Part shown: one piece after another, positions 22,669 to 36,114 of the stretch
How positions within the stretch are numbered: position 1 is the stretch's first letter
Layout of the letters: each line of letters starts with the position of its first letter
Assembly (NCBI RefSeq): GCF_006345805.1
Contig: NC_043012.1
Span: 54,622,001 to 54,686,000, forward strand
Reading direction: 5' to 3'
DNA from: Octopus sinensis
Taxonomy: Eukaryota
DNA length: 64,000 bases
The notes under the pieces: generated by a model
Seen by the model: only the letters and a program-made list of their open reading frames with translations
Told to the model about the DNA's origin: nothing
Database searches by the model: none
Translations under genes and position numbers: made by a program

Positions 22669-25600
22669 GTATCCATTATACATTCAGTGAGTATTCTTAT
22701 GAACATTATCAAAAGTTAGATCATTATCATTGCCGCTGCCACCACCACCACCACCATGAACATCATTCTCGTCTTCAGTATAAACCCTCATCAACAATAT
22801 CATCACCATCATCATCATCACTACTGCAGTCACCACCACCACCACCACCACCACCACAATCATTGTTATCATTATCATCAAATTTCCCATGCTCCTTCTG
22901 CACAGTGTGTCTCACCACTCGTCGCCTATGCCCCCACCCCTTCCATATCCTCCTTGGTTTTCTACTTGGGATCACTTAACGCCTCTCTTTTCTCCTACCA
23001 CCCACCAGCTTTATTACATATCCATAGTTACAGGGGCAGGTATGGCTGTGTGGTAAGAACCTTGCTTTCCAACCACATGGTTCCAGGTTCAGTCTCACTG
23101 CATGGCACCTGGGCAAGTGTCCTCTTCTATAGCCTTGGGCTGACCAAAGCCTTGTGAGTGGATTTGGTTGACAGAAACTGAAAGAAACCCATCATGTGTA
23201 TATGTATGTAGATATATATATATATATATGTATATATCATCATCATCTTCATCACAAGGCTTTAGTTGGCCCGAGGCTATAGGAGAAGACACTTGCCCAA
23301 GGTGCCATGCAGTGGCACTACACCCGGAACCATGTGGTTTGTACATACATTTTCTAAGCCATTCATTTATACCTCTTTACTCCCAGGGTACAGGGTGTGA
23401 TACACCATCAAACCTTTCTTTGTGTGTATGAATGCTCAACATAGTGGCTTACTCTCTGCTAGAATTTCCGCTGCAGCTCTTAGCAATGATGTCTAACATT
23501 CTTCTTCTGTAGTTGTCTCACTGAGATGAGAGCATGAGTGGTACTTTATCCTGAGACAGACCCTGATTGCATCTCATCTAAACTATTCACCTTCCTTACT
23601 AATCTCTCTCTATATATATACAAACGGCAAAATGTCTGTGTGTGTGTCCTTTATACAAATCCACGATTTTTCAGTTAGAGGGCTCGCACTTTCTATGGTC
23701 ATTGAAAACCGTCCAAGGGTGGTCGTGCACATCTTTACATTTCCCCTGCCACCCTGCAAAGCCATTAAAAAAAAATTCAATAAACCAACCCCTTATGTTT
23801 CGGGTAACAAAAGTCTTTAATTCAAGGGATGTGACTTACTCCAGCAGAATAAGTACTAGGCTTACAAAGAATAAATCTTGTAGTTGATTTTTTCCAGCAT
23901 GGCCACAGTCACATGACTGAAACAAGTAAAACAATAAAAAAACTATGCCATTTTAATCCCGAGCAAGGCCAGGTATCTCTTTGTGTTACTTTCGTAACTT
24001 GATCAATCAGTTTGATTATTCTATAGTTGGTTCTTTGTAGATCAGTCATGGACATACTGAATGGCTTGCCTAACGAAAAATCATCTTCAATTTTTTTAGT
24101 AGTGGAGCCCACCTGATGAGACAGTGCCACGTGACAACTTGCCGGGGCTGCCTGCTGGAGCCTAGCTGCAGGTATTTAAAGGGAAAATTTTGACAAGTCA
24201 GTCAGTCACCAGCTGACACTCACTGACGATATATCGAAGAGGCCAAGGAACAGAAGAAAGGAAGAAGACATGCACCAAACACCAGAGCTGAAGACACCTA
24301 CGAAAGGGGGAGGGGCCCACCACGTCAAAACGGTAGAGGAGTAGGGGCCGAAACCGGACGTGGTTCCTCCTGATGATGTCTTGAGCTAACTGGATCCTAT
24401 AAAGGAGCTGTTGTGGTAGCAGACCACGAAACACTGTTGTAATTCTTCCGTAGCGGAGCCCACCTGATGGTGAACAATGTATCATGCAGCTCCTTCTCAG
24501 AAAATGAAACCCATGCCTGTTCTAGAGTATTTCTATTTCCTTTACAGCAGTTGATGATGAGACTGCCCCGCCAGTCATTGAGTTTGACACCTACTTTTTT
24601 TCCTAATCAATTGCACTGTCACTCTTTCTGTTACATTTCATAATTTCCTTCCTTCTACCTTCCTTCCTTTCTTTCTCTTTCCTTAAACTCCCTTTTTTTT
24701 TCCTAACTGATCTTCCTCTCTTTCTCCAATGCTATTCTAATGTCTCTTCCATTTCTCTGCTTCCCTCTCTCTTTCTCTTCTTTGCTTCACAGTTTCTCTT
24801 ATTTTAATGGTAAGTTCTTCTCCTATCTCTCTTCCTCTCTCTCTCCTACTATCTTGTGCTTCTCTACCTTTTCCCACTCTTCATAGAAAGCTTTTCTGCT
24901 TCCACTCTTGTCGGCTCTTCTTTACTTTATTTTTACTTTAGTAATTTCTTTTGCTGCCACTCTCTCTCTCTCTCTCTCTCTCTACTACCATCTCTTAATT
25001 CTTTCCACCTTCCCCCCCGCTACTATTTTTGACTTCCCTTTCTCTCCCATTCTTTCTACCCCTCCTCCTCTCTCTATCGCCTATTCCTTTTGTTTCCCTC
25101 CTATTCTATCCCTTTCCCTTCCTCATTTACATTTCTATATCTATTATCATTCAAATTTCACATTTGGTGCTCATATTTGAATACCATTTGCATCTTTCCT
25201 TTATTATACAATTGCAACTGTATTTGAAATAGCATTTCTTCAATTTCTTCTTTTACTTACAATTGCCTTTCGATTAATAAAGTTTCCATTAATATTGTTA
25301 TATTTCAGGCTGGTAATTTTTTTTTTTTCCTTGCCAAATAAACTCATGTCCTATATATTCGTTCTTCACTCATTTATTATTGTTCTTATCTTATAAGGCG
25401 GCGAACTGGCAGAAACATTAGCACGCCAGGCAAAATGCTTAGCAGTATTTCGTCTGTCTTTATGTTCTGAGTTAAAATTTCACCGAGGTCGACTTTGCCT
25501 TTCATCCTTTTGGAGTTGATAAATTAAGTACCAGTTGTGTACTGGGGTCAGTGTAATCGATTGGCCCCCCACCTCCCCAAAAATTTCAGTGCTTGTGCCT

Positions 25601-25878
25601 AGAGTAGAAAAGATTATTGTTCTTATCTTATCTTATGTCTGGACACCTTTGATTATGATTTGATTATGCTTCTCAAAAATCAACTTCTGTTGACACCATG
25701 CTCTAAGATCTGTGACATAGATGCAGGCATGGAGTGTAGTTCAGAAGGTCACTTGCAACCACAAAGTTTCAGGCTCAGTCCCACTGTGTGGGACCTTGGG
25801 CAAGTATAACCCCAGGATGACCAATGCCTTGTGAGTAAATTTTCTTGATGGAAATTATATGAATTATATAATTATATA

Positions 25879-26120
25879 AGGCGGCAAGCTGGCAGAAATG
25901 TTAGCACACTGGGCGAAATGCTTAGCGGCTTTTCGTCTGCCACTACGTTCTGAGTTCAAATTCCGCCGAGGTCGACTTTGCTTTTCATCGTTTTGGGGTC
26001 GATTAAATAAGTACCAGTTACGCACTGGGGTTGATATAATCGATTTAATCCATTTGTCTGTCTGTCCTTGTTTGTCCCCTCTGTATGTAGCCCCTTGTGG
26101 GCAGTGAAGAAATAAGGAAA
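25879..26120 (+). mobile_element. tRNA-derived SINE family B (representative)
   Basis: aaggcggcaagctggcagaa..gagttcaaattcc..gactttgcctttcatcc..ggggtcgat..ccccttgtgggc. Further copies at about 5405, 25395, 33200, 33365, 33640-33980 (tandem), 34720-35130 (tandem), 37020, 42715, 45200. Confidence 0.8.
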
Positions 26121-26144
26121 TTATATGAAAGCCCATCATATATA

Positions 26145-27329
26145 TTGGGTCATTCCATAAATAATGCTGTTTTTTCAATTGCATGAACTAAAAGTTGGAG
26201 GAGGATGGGATAAACTAACTGCATCAACTTGCTATAAAAGCAGATAGTAATTTTACCTTGTCCTTATTCTTAGTGCAAGTTTTGAAGAGTGCAGTTCGAT
26301 TTTAACTGTTATTTTTTTCAAAGTTATAATGCCAGTGATAAGGGAGCATATTCAGCATATTTTGCTTTTATGAGTTCAATAAAGGCAACAATGCAATGGA
26401 AAGTGTGAGGAATATTAATGCAGTATATGGGGATCAGACAATAAGCATAAACCAGTGTCAACAGTGCTTCCAGAAATTCTGAGCCGGAAACTACAGCCTA
26501 GAAGATGAGCCTCATCCTGGAAGATCTATAGAGCTTGATGAGGATGTCCTGCAAATCCTGGTGGAACAAAATCCCATCATCACTGTTGAGGAACTAGCAG
26601 AGAAGCTTGAATTTGGTTATTCAACCATTCATTGACACCTGCATGCCATTGGGAAAGTCAGCAAATTGGGTCAGTGGCTTCCTCACAAACTTTCCAAATC
26701 TAATCATGTGCAGTGAGTGAATGTGTGCTCTTCTTTGCTGTCATGTCTCACGAATTAACCTTTTTTGGACCCAATAGTGACTGGTGACGAGAAATGGGTT
26801 CTCTGTAAAAATGTCAAACGCTGAAGACAGTAAGTAAGGAAAGGAGAAACACCGGCACCCCAGGCTAAAGAGGTCTTCACCCATATAAGGTGTTGTTATC
26901 TGTTTGGTGGGATATGAAAGATTTAGTCCACTTTGAACTTTTAAACCCAAACCAAACAATAACAAAGGAGATCTACTGCAAGCAGCTTGAGTCAGCACTA
27001 GAAGAAAAATGACCATCTTTGGTTTCAAGATGCCTCACCCACCATATTCACCGGACATTGCTCCATCTGGTTATCATTTATTCCACAGTCTTCAAAGTCA
27101 TTTGGATGGAAAAAATATGAATTCTGTAGACAAAGTCAGGACAGTACTGGAGGTGTATATTTCATCACAGACAAGTGAATTTTGGGAAAGCAGCCTTGCA
27201 AGCCTACCAGATAGATGAAGAGCATTGTAGAAAATGAAGGAGAGTATATTTTAGATCAAAAAAGAACTTTTATCTAAATTTTGAAAAATATTAGTATAAA
27301 GAGACTGCATTATTTATGGGATGACCCAA
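26145..27329 (+). mobile_element. Mariner (DD34D-type) transposon, decayed, both TIRs present
   Basis: TA|TTGGGTCATTCCATAAATAATGC ... GCATTATTTATGGGATGACCCAA|TA. Remnant motifs WLPH, IVTGDEKWV and HPPYSPDIAPSGYHLF, with multiple stops. Confidence 0.92.
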
Positions 27330-27433
27330 TATGTATAAATATATATACATACACACACATAGATATATGCATATTTAATGATCCCATAATTAATGTGGTT
27401 TTTTTGTATCCCTCTTTTATTTTTCAAAATATA

Positions 27434-27505
<72 letters not shown>

Positions 27506-27661
27506 GGGGAAATTATACAGTGTCTAAATAGATGATGAGTAAAGAACCAGCACAGTTTCAATTACCTGTTGTTATTCATAGATTTATTGTGGTAACTTCA
27601 TAGTGGCAGTTGGGGTAACAGTATGAATAAAATAAATGGAATGTGTTATAGACTTTATTGG

Positions 27662-27703
27662 GTACAACACATGTTTAGACCCGTCCTGGGTCTCTTCAGG
27701 TAC
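27662..27703 (-). ncRNA. Type-I hammerhead motif (G12>U) in a Penelope-like element (about 27600-28200)
   Basis: Minus strand GTAC-CTGAAGA-GACCC aggac GGGTC-TAAA-CA tg TGTT-GTAC, followed by AATAAA. Perfect 5-bp stem II and 4-bp stem I. Confidence 0.75.
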
Positions 27704-28292
27704 ATCAATAAAAAGTCTCACTAGAGATTTCCTGAGATGGCTGACATACTGCTATATGTCCATCAAATTCGAGAATGAGTAAAAACAGAGAAAAATATAT
27801 GTATATATATATATAATAAAACAATACTGGGAGGATAAGAAACAGAACGAAGCGAAGAATCGAACGAACCCGACGCGAAGCGCTGTCAGACAATACTGTA
27901 ATAAATAAAATATATGCATACATACAAACATATATGTACGTACCTACATCTACATGTATATATACATGCATATATAAATATATATACGTACAGGACACCA
28001 CAAAAAGATGTAGAACTCAACAGAAACGAAAACGGAAAAGTCATTTTTTTACAACAGAAGGACAGAGACGTGGAACAGGACGAGAACGAAAACAGGAAAA
28101 ACATTATTTACAACAGAAAAACAAGGTACAGGACATGCTACACATGGAAAAATCCCCTTCATCAGCTGTCGCTAGTAGACTTAGCGTGTTTCGAAGGCAT
28201 GTATTGGGTCATCCCATAAATATTGCAAACCTTCTGACCTTTGGTGGGTGTTTGAAAATTTGGGTCTGGAAAATTCAACCTGTATGTCTTAA

Positions 28293-28513
28293 CCCTTTAG
28301 CATTTAGACTATTCTGTCAAATGTAATACGTATTTATTCACATTGTTTAGAATTAATTGTGCATTATCTGATAGCTTTGAGTTTTCGATGATGTGATTGT
28401 CTGTTTTTCAGAATGACATTGTAGGATGGATGTGAGAAGTCAGATCTAGCCAGTTTGAACATAAAGCAGGTAGAATATTTGGGCTGGATATGGCTGGTTT
28501 AAATGCCAAAGGG
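28293..28513. mobile_element. piggyBac-type MITE (TTAA|CCCTTTAG...AAAGGG), representative
   Basis: ttaaccctttagcattt...tttaaatgccaaagggttga. Related copies at about 5165-5390, 6100-6265, 15150-15620 (SINE-interrupted), 31970-32168, 32336-33145, 44955-45183 and 48681-49273 (SINE-interrupted). Confidence 0.75.
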
Positions 28514-28802
28514 TTGAAATACAGTATCTCTGCTTTCCAGATGACTTCCTTTGGAACGAACATCATTTAAAAAGGGGATATTTATCTCAACCTTTGATAA
28601 GACTTACACATTTTTTCCCCAATGAAACAACTTTCAGCAACAGAACCATGTCCTATGGGTGACTTAAACAGACAGGCTCAACTACTAAGCTGCATGCTTC
28701 CACACACACACATGTATGCATTTTTAATTGATCTCTGCTCTTGAAATATGAGACTAGTTTAAATTAACGATGTTGAAAATTATACACTTTCTGTTTTTTT
28801 AG

Positions 28803-28860
28803 GACAATCCATATGACAGCTTCATGAGAAAACATTTGCAGTACTATGGCTACTACAAAG
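28803..28860 (+). CDS. AGBL2: Cytosolic carboxypeptidase 2/3-like exon (DNPYDSFMRKHLQYYGYYK)
   Basis: tttag|GAC...AAAG|gtctgt. 58 nt, phase 0 to 1. Resembles the DPYEDFMYRHLQYYGYFK N-terminal motif of vertebrate AGBL2 as recalled. Confidence 0.8.
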
Positions 28861-29140
28861 GTCTGTTCCATTTTGTCTTATTCTTCTTCTACATCTGTAG
28901 ATCAGCTCAAAGACATATTACGCTTCCATGTATCTAAATATGGCCATATCACATTAAAAGTCTTGCATCTGGATATTCATTTGACTATGTATATATTTTA
29001 CTTCCTCGGTAAGGAGGAGGTTACTTCGCAACCACATGGTTCCCGGTTCAGTCCTACTATATGGCACTTTGGGCAAGTGTCTTCTGCTATAGCCTTGGGC
29101 CAAGCAAAGCCTTGTGAGCGGATCTGATAGATGGAAAGTG

Positions 29141-29217
<77 letters not shown>

Positions 29218-31131
29218 TTAGCCCTTTCAATATCAACCAGGCTGAAACTGCCTCTTGTTAAATCTTCCATGAAACCTTAGTCATAATTTATATTCCTAAC
29301 ACCAGCATAATGATAACGTATATATAGTTAACCCTTTTTTTACCGTATTTATTTTGAGATGCTCTGTGTTTCTTTCAATTAATTTTAAATACAACAAAGA
29401 ATTTAGTAAAATAACTTTGTTATCATTATGCTGGTGTTAGGAACATAAATTATAACTAAGGTTTTATGGAAGATTTAACAAGACATATATATATATGTGT
29501 GTGTGTATTTAAATGTATATGTGTATGTGTGTGTGTGTGTGTATTTAAATGTATATGTGTATGTATGTATGTGTGTGTATTTAAATGTATATGTGTATAT
29601 ATGTTTGTGTGTCTTTATGTCTGTGTTTGTCCCCCACCACCCCTTGACAACCAGTATTCGTATGTTTATGTCCCTGTAATTTAGCAATTTGGCAATTGAC
29701 ACCGATAGAATAACTACCAGGCTTTTAATAAAAAAATTACTGGGATTGAGTCATTCGACTAAAAAAGCAATTTTTAACGGCATTGCCCCAGCATGACTGC
29801 CATCCAATGACTGAGACAAGTAAAAGATAAAAAGATAAAAGGTATGTATTTTAAAAAATATGCTTGGTTAAACTATGTATGTTTCATGGGCTGATATGTC
29901 TCTTGCAGGTATGGTTGCTCTTCATCATCATCACCATTATCCTTTAACATCTGTTTTCTGTGCTGGCATGGGTTGGATGGTTTTGACCGGAGCTGTCCAA
30001 CAGGCGAGCTGCACCAAGTTGTAGTCTGATTTGGCTTGGTTTCTATGACTGGATGCCCTTCCTAATGCCAACTACTTTACAGTGTGCACTAGACACTTTT
30101 AACATGGCACTGCATGAGTGTTTATATGTGACACCATCATGGGTGCTTTTTAGGTGGCACAAGCACATGGCTCATGCTAGCCTATTCTCTTCACTAGAGG
30201 AGAGTGGCCTTAACACTTCTGCTGTGGAGAATGGGTCTTCTTGAGCACAGTAAGGTGCCAGATATCTCAGTCTTTTGTCATCTCATCCAGAGGTTGTCCT
30301 TCAGCACTTCATTCCATGTCTTTTTGGATCATCCTCTTCCACATGTTCCATCCACTTTGAGAGATGGGAACATCTTTATGGAGCTGTCAGCATCCATCCA
30401 CATCACATGATCAAACCAGCACTGTCTTCTTTTTTGTACACTGCATTTGCAGATCAAAACCGTTTTTCCATGCATGCATCAATCAGACCAGAATACATCG
30501 GGATAAAGTTTGCTAAAACCGGATGCCTTTCTGATGCCCACCCTTATCTGTTTCCAAGTAACAACAAACATCATGGGATGTTTGATGTTTAATAGGAAGT
30601 ACTTGGCATCAGGAAGGGCCTGCAGCTGTGTAAACCATTTCCAAAGTAGGCATTGGAACACAAAACAGTCCTTGGACCTATTGAATTCTGTCAAACTGTC
30701 CAACCCATGCCAGCATGGAACATGGATGTTAAATGATAATGCTCTTTATACACACACACACACGCAAATTATATATGCATGTATGTGTGTGTGCATATAT
30801 ATATATATATATAGTCACAGGTGTGGCTGTGTGATAAGAAGCTTGCTTCCCAACCACATGGTTCCAGGTTCAGTACCACAGCATGGCACCTTGTGCAAGG
30901 GACTTCTACTATACCTCTGAGCTGACCAGACCAAAGTCTTGTGTGCTTGTGAGTGAATTTGGTAAATGGAAACTGAAAGAAGCCTGTCATATGTATATGT
31001 GTATGTGGGTATACACACACACACACACACGTATATATATTTCTTTCTTTATAAGTTCAGTGATTTAATAGCTTGTTTGTATTTATTTTTCTTGTAATTG
31101 TCAAATCAAATAATTTTGATTATTTTTGCAG

Positions 31132-31311
31132 AAGATTGTAATAATGTTCAAAAAAAGAATAAACAATATAAGAAACAAGATGAGGAGGAAGATGAGGAAG
31201 AAGAAGAAATGGAAGAAAACAGAGAGAGTGTTGAAGCTAGACGGGTAGAATCTTTACAATTAAATGATGATAACAGTTTCAATAATGCTTCCAATGCATC
31301 TACACTTTTCA
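31132..31311 (+). CDS. AGBL2: CCP exon, acidic low-complexity (EDCNNVQKK...DEEEDEEEEEMEE...NASTLF)
   Basis: tttttgcag|AA...TTCA|gtaagt. 180 nt, phase 1 to 1, open frame, compatible with both neighbours. Confidence 0.8.
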
Positions 31312-31349
31312 GTAAGTAATTAACATATACTATTAACGAATGCTAGTAG

Positions 31350-31730
31350 GGTGCCAAGAGCACCATCCGAGCGTGATTATTGCCAGAGCAGCCAACTGGC
31401 TTCCGTGCCAGTGGCACGTAAAAGGGCACCATTCGAGCGTGATCGTTACCAACGTCGCCTTACTGGCACCTGTGCTGGTGGCATGTATAAAAAGATTTGA
31501 GTGAGCCCGTTGCCAGTACCCCCTGACTGGCCCCCATGCCAGTGGCACATAAAAAGCACCCACTACACTCTCGGAGTGGTTGGCGTTAGGAAGGGCATCC
31601 AGCTGTAGAAACTCTGCCAAATCAAGATTGGAGCCTGGTGCAGCCATCTGGTTCACCAGCCCTCAGTCAAAATCGTCCAACCCATGCTAGCATGGAAAGC
31701 AGACGTTAAATAATGATGATGATGATGAAT
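31350..31730 (+). mobile_element. Short element sharing the RTE 3' tail (representative of about 20 copies)
   Basis: cactacactctcggagtggttggcgttaggaagggcatccagctgtag...ccaacccatgctagcatggaa..(GAT)n matches 62895-63063. Copies at about 6590, 11890, 12300, 14380, 15240, 16100, 16995, 19620, 21520, 29930, 30590, 35140, 37720, 41580, 42985, 44270, 54030, 55510, 55880. Confidence 0.85.
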
Positions 31731-34554
31731 GAGTCTTCTTGTTTGCATGAATCACTTGTGATTATGGCATTAACTTTTTATAATTCAGATTACTGGTACA
31801 CCACCAGAAGTGTTAAGACCAATTCTTCTGGTGATGTAAAGCACTCATGGTGGTGCTACATGAAAGCACCTGTGTGGTGTTATGTAACAGCACCCATGTG
31901 GTGACATGTAAAAGTGTCCATGTGGTACAATCCTATGGTCATTCATGACTGAAGGGGTCTTTACCCATCATCCAGCCCTAATATTTTACTTGTTTTATGT
32001 TCAAAGTGGCTATATCCAGCCTCTCACCCACTACCCTACAATGTTATTCTGAAAATAAACAATTGCATCATTGAAATCTCAAAGCCACATGATGATGCAG
32101 GTTTAATTCAAGACAATATGAATAAATAAGCATTAGATTTAACAGAATAATCTGAATGCTAAAGGGTTAGGCAGAGTTCACTCTGTAGCAAGCATTCATA
32201 GCCAGGCTTCTGGTCTGAGCATGACTTACTTCTTCCCTGCCCCTAGTCTCCAAAGCCTTTGGAAAAACGTTTATTTTAGGTGTTGCATGTCTAAAAAGTA
32301 AAGGGTAAGACACAAAATTGCATCACTGTAAATACATTAACCCTTCAGTACTCAGGTTATTCTGTCAGTTGTAATGCTTACTCTCTTTTACTCTTTTACT
32401 TGTTTCAGTCATTTGACTGTGGCCATGCTGGGGCACCGCCTTTAGTCGAGCAAATCGACCACAGGACTTATTCTTTGTAAGCCTGGTACTTATTCTATTG
32501 GTCTCTTTTGCCGAACCGCTAAGTTACGGGAACGTAAACACACCAGCATCGGTTGACAAGTGATGTTGGGGGGACAAACACAGACACACAAACATATACT
32601 CACACACATACATACATACGAGGCTATAGTAGAAGACACTTGCCCAAGGTGCCACGCAGTGGGACTGAACCTGGAACCATGTGGTTCATAAGCAAGCTAC
32701 TTACCACACAGCCACTCCTACACTTATTTATTCATTGTTTTGAATTGATCATGCATTATTCTGTGGCTTTGAGATTTCAATGATGCAGTGGTTTATATTT
32801 AGCATGACATTGTTAGACAGGTGTGAGGTAAAGTTACCTTCTCGAGACATGCCGACTCATTAGGGCTGGTTTCCATGGCATGTAAATTCCCGACCTGGAT
32901 GGGATGCCGATCTATCACAGGGTTACTCATTTTTGCCAGCTAAGTGGACTTGAGCAATGTGAAGTGAAGTGTTTTGCTCAAGAACACAACACGTTGCTCA
33001 GTCCAGGAATCAAAACCACGTTCTTATCATCATGATGACCACTAAGCCATACGCCTCCATGACAAGTGTAAGAGACTGGATATGACCAGTTTGAACATAT
33101 ATTTGATAGAATATTTTAGCCAGATATGACTAGTTTAGATGCTAATGAGTTAAGCACACCAAGCAAGATGCTTGGTGGTATTTCATCCATCTTTACATTC
33201 TGAGTTCAAATCCTGATGAGGTTGACTTTTCCTTTCATCCTTTCGGGGTCAATAAAATAAGTACCGGTTGAGTGCTGGTGTTGATGCAATTGACTTAACC
33301 CCCCCTCCTCTGAAATAAATGGCTTTGTGCCAAAATTTGAAATTATTGTTAATGTAAAGTTTAAGGCAGCAAGCTGGTAGAATTGTTAGCACGCTGAGAA
33401 AAATGCTTAGCAACATGGCATCTGTCTTTACATTCTGAGTTCAAATTTTGCCAAGATTGACTTTGCCTTTCATCCTTTCGAGGTTGATAAAATACGTACC
33501 AGTTAAATACTGGGGTTGATGAAATTGATTAACTTCCTCCCTCAAAATTGCTATCCCTGTGCCAAAATTTGAAACCGTTATTAATGTAAAGTTTGAAACA
33601 TAAATTAATATTCCTTTCTGTTATTAGCACAAAGCCTGAAATTTCGGCGGATGGGTCCAGTCAATCAGATTGACCCCAGTATGCAACTGGTACTTAATTT
33701 ATCGACCCCGAAAGGATGAAAAGCAAAGTCGACCTAAGCAGAATTTGAACTCAGAATATATTGGCAGACGAAATACCTATTTCTTTATTGTCCACAAGGA
33801 GGACAAATGGATTAAGTCTATTATATCAACCCCAGTGCATAACTGGTACTTAATTTATTGACCCCGAAATGATGAAAGGCAAAGTCGACCTCAGCGGAAT
33901 TTGAACTCAGAACATAGTGGCAGACGAAATACTGTGAAGCATTTCACCCGGCATGCTAACAATTCTGCCAGCTCACCACCTTTGAAACATAAATTAATAT
34001 TAATATTAAATTTTGATGGAATATTAAATTTTAGACCATTTAACAACAAAAAGTTTGTATCATAGAACCAAGGGTGATCTCAGACTGGTTAAGGTAAAGT
34101 TACTTTCCTAAGTCATACTGACTCATAAGCACCGGTTTCCCAGTTTCCATGACGTATAAATTCTCCACCTGGATAGGATGCTGGTCCATCACAGGTTTAC
34201 TCTCTTTTGCTGGCTGAGCAGACTGCAGCAACTTGAAATGAAGTGTTTTGCTCAAGAACACAACATGTCACCTGATCCAGGAATCAAAACAACAATCTTA
34301 CACTCATGAGTCCAACAGCTTTACCACTAAGCCGCATGCTTCCACTCTCAGACTGGTTGGTATGGAAACAGTAAAACTCAGCGCCAAACATTGCATGTTT
34401 TCACTCTGAAGTCTGCTGTCTCTCCTTCCAAAAATCCCCATACATGTATCATGTCAAGCTGTACATTACATCTTTTCTTCTGGCTTATGAACGCTGTCTA
34501 TAGACTATAGACAGTAACCTTCAACTCAACTGATTTCCTTTATTTTATTTACAG

Positions 34555-34619
34555 ACAAGTTCAGAAATGGAATACAAGGAACAACACAACTCATTTCAAC
34601 ACAAGCAGAAGGGAAAATG
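34555..34619 (+). CDS. AGBL2: CCP exon (N-KFRNGIQGTTQLISTQAEGKM)
   Basis: ttttatttacag|AC...ATG|gtcagg. Phase 1 to 0; TTQL motif. Confidence 0.75.
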
Positions 34620-35564
34620 GTCAGGTTTAAATAATTCTACAGCATTACATATCTAAGAATATGTCATTTCATCCTCATCATCATCATCATCATCATCAAC
34701 ATCTAACATCTTATTTCTTTATTGCCTACAAGGGGCTAAACATAGAGGGGACAAACAAGGACAGACAAAGGGATTAAGTCGATTACATCGACCCCAGTGC
34801 GTAACTGGTACTTAATTTCTCGACCCACGAAAGGATGAAAGGCAACGTAGACCTTGGCGGAATTTGAACTCAGAACGTAGCGACAGACGAAATACCTATT
34901 TCTTTACTACCCACAAGGGGGCTAAACATAGAAGGGACAAACAAGGACAGACAAAGGGATTAAGTCGATTACATCGACCCCAGTGCGTAACTGGTACTTT
35001 TTTTGTCGACCGCCGAAAGGATGAAAGGCAACGTAGACCTTGGCAGGATTTGAACTCGGAATGTGGCGGCAGATGAAATACTGCTAAGCATTTCGCCCAG
35101 TGTGCTAACGTTTCTGCCAGCTCACCGCCTTACAGCTAACATCTGTTTTCCTTGCTGGCAAGGGTTGGAATGGCTTGACAGGAGCTGGCAAGGCCAGCGG
35201 CTGCACAAGGTTCCATAATCTGTTTTGGCTTGGTTTCTACAGCTGGATGCCCTTCCTAACACCAACCACTTTATGGAGTGAACTGAGTGCTTTTTATGTG
35301 GTACCATCACCAGTGCATTTTATTTGGCACCAGCCCCGACACCAATGCTTTTTATGTGGTAAATTGGTTTTAGGATATCAATTCTGTTGTGGTGGTCAGG
35401 TCTTCTTGAGTACAGCAGTGCACCACATATCTCCGTCCTCTGTCGTCTCCTTCATAAGGCTCAGCATTTTGAGATCAGCCTTCAGTACTTCATCCCATGT
35501 TGTCCTGCCTGGGTTTCCCTCTTCCACAACTATTTTTGGAAAACCTTCTCAAATGCTATGTTGG

Positions 35565-35625
<61 letters not shown>

Positions 35626-36114
35626 TAAAAAATCATCAAATTATACTCCCCTTCTCTCTCTCCCTCTATCCTCCCTCCTCCTCTCCCCTCCTCTTCTCCT
35701 CTCCTTCCTTCTCCCCTTTTCCCCCTTCCCCCTCCTCTTCTCCTCTTTCCTTCTCCCCCTCCCCCTCGTCTCATCTCCCCCTCCCCTCTCTTCCCCTCAT
35801 CTCTCCTCTCCCTCCCCCTTACCTCCCCCTCTTCTCCTCTCTCTACACTACACCATACGACTTTACACATCACATCATATATACATACACACATCCAGAC
35901 CTCTCATACGCACTACATACTCTCTCATACACACACACTCACACTCTTATGTTGGGGCGAGATCATTTAACCCTATTATCTCCCCTAATTTCGCTCTTGC
36001 ATCTCACATTTGATCTTTGACTTCTGGCCAAAATCAGATCGCCATGTTGATTCGCTAGCCTCTGCACGCATTTTTTTTCTCTCCTTGTTTGTTTCTGTGT
36101 TTCTTTTCTGTGTA

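Noticed and set aside
28140-28200. Permuted hammerhead around GAAA...CTGATGAAGGGG (minus strand)
   Set aside because: Stem I does not pair and stem II needs two G-U pairs.
27914-28326. ORFs RTPQKDVELNRNENGK... as CCP exons
   Set aside because: Part of the hammerhead-bearing repeat; no CCP similarity and not needed for phase continuity.
35387-36020. 208-281 aa ORFs
   Set aside because: Arise from (TA)n and CT-rich low-complexity sequence.
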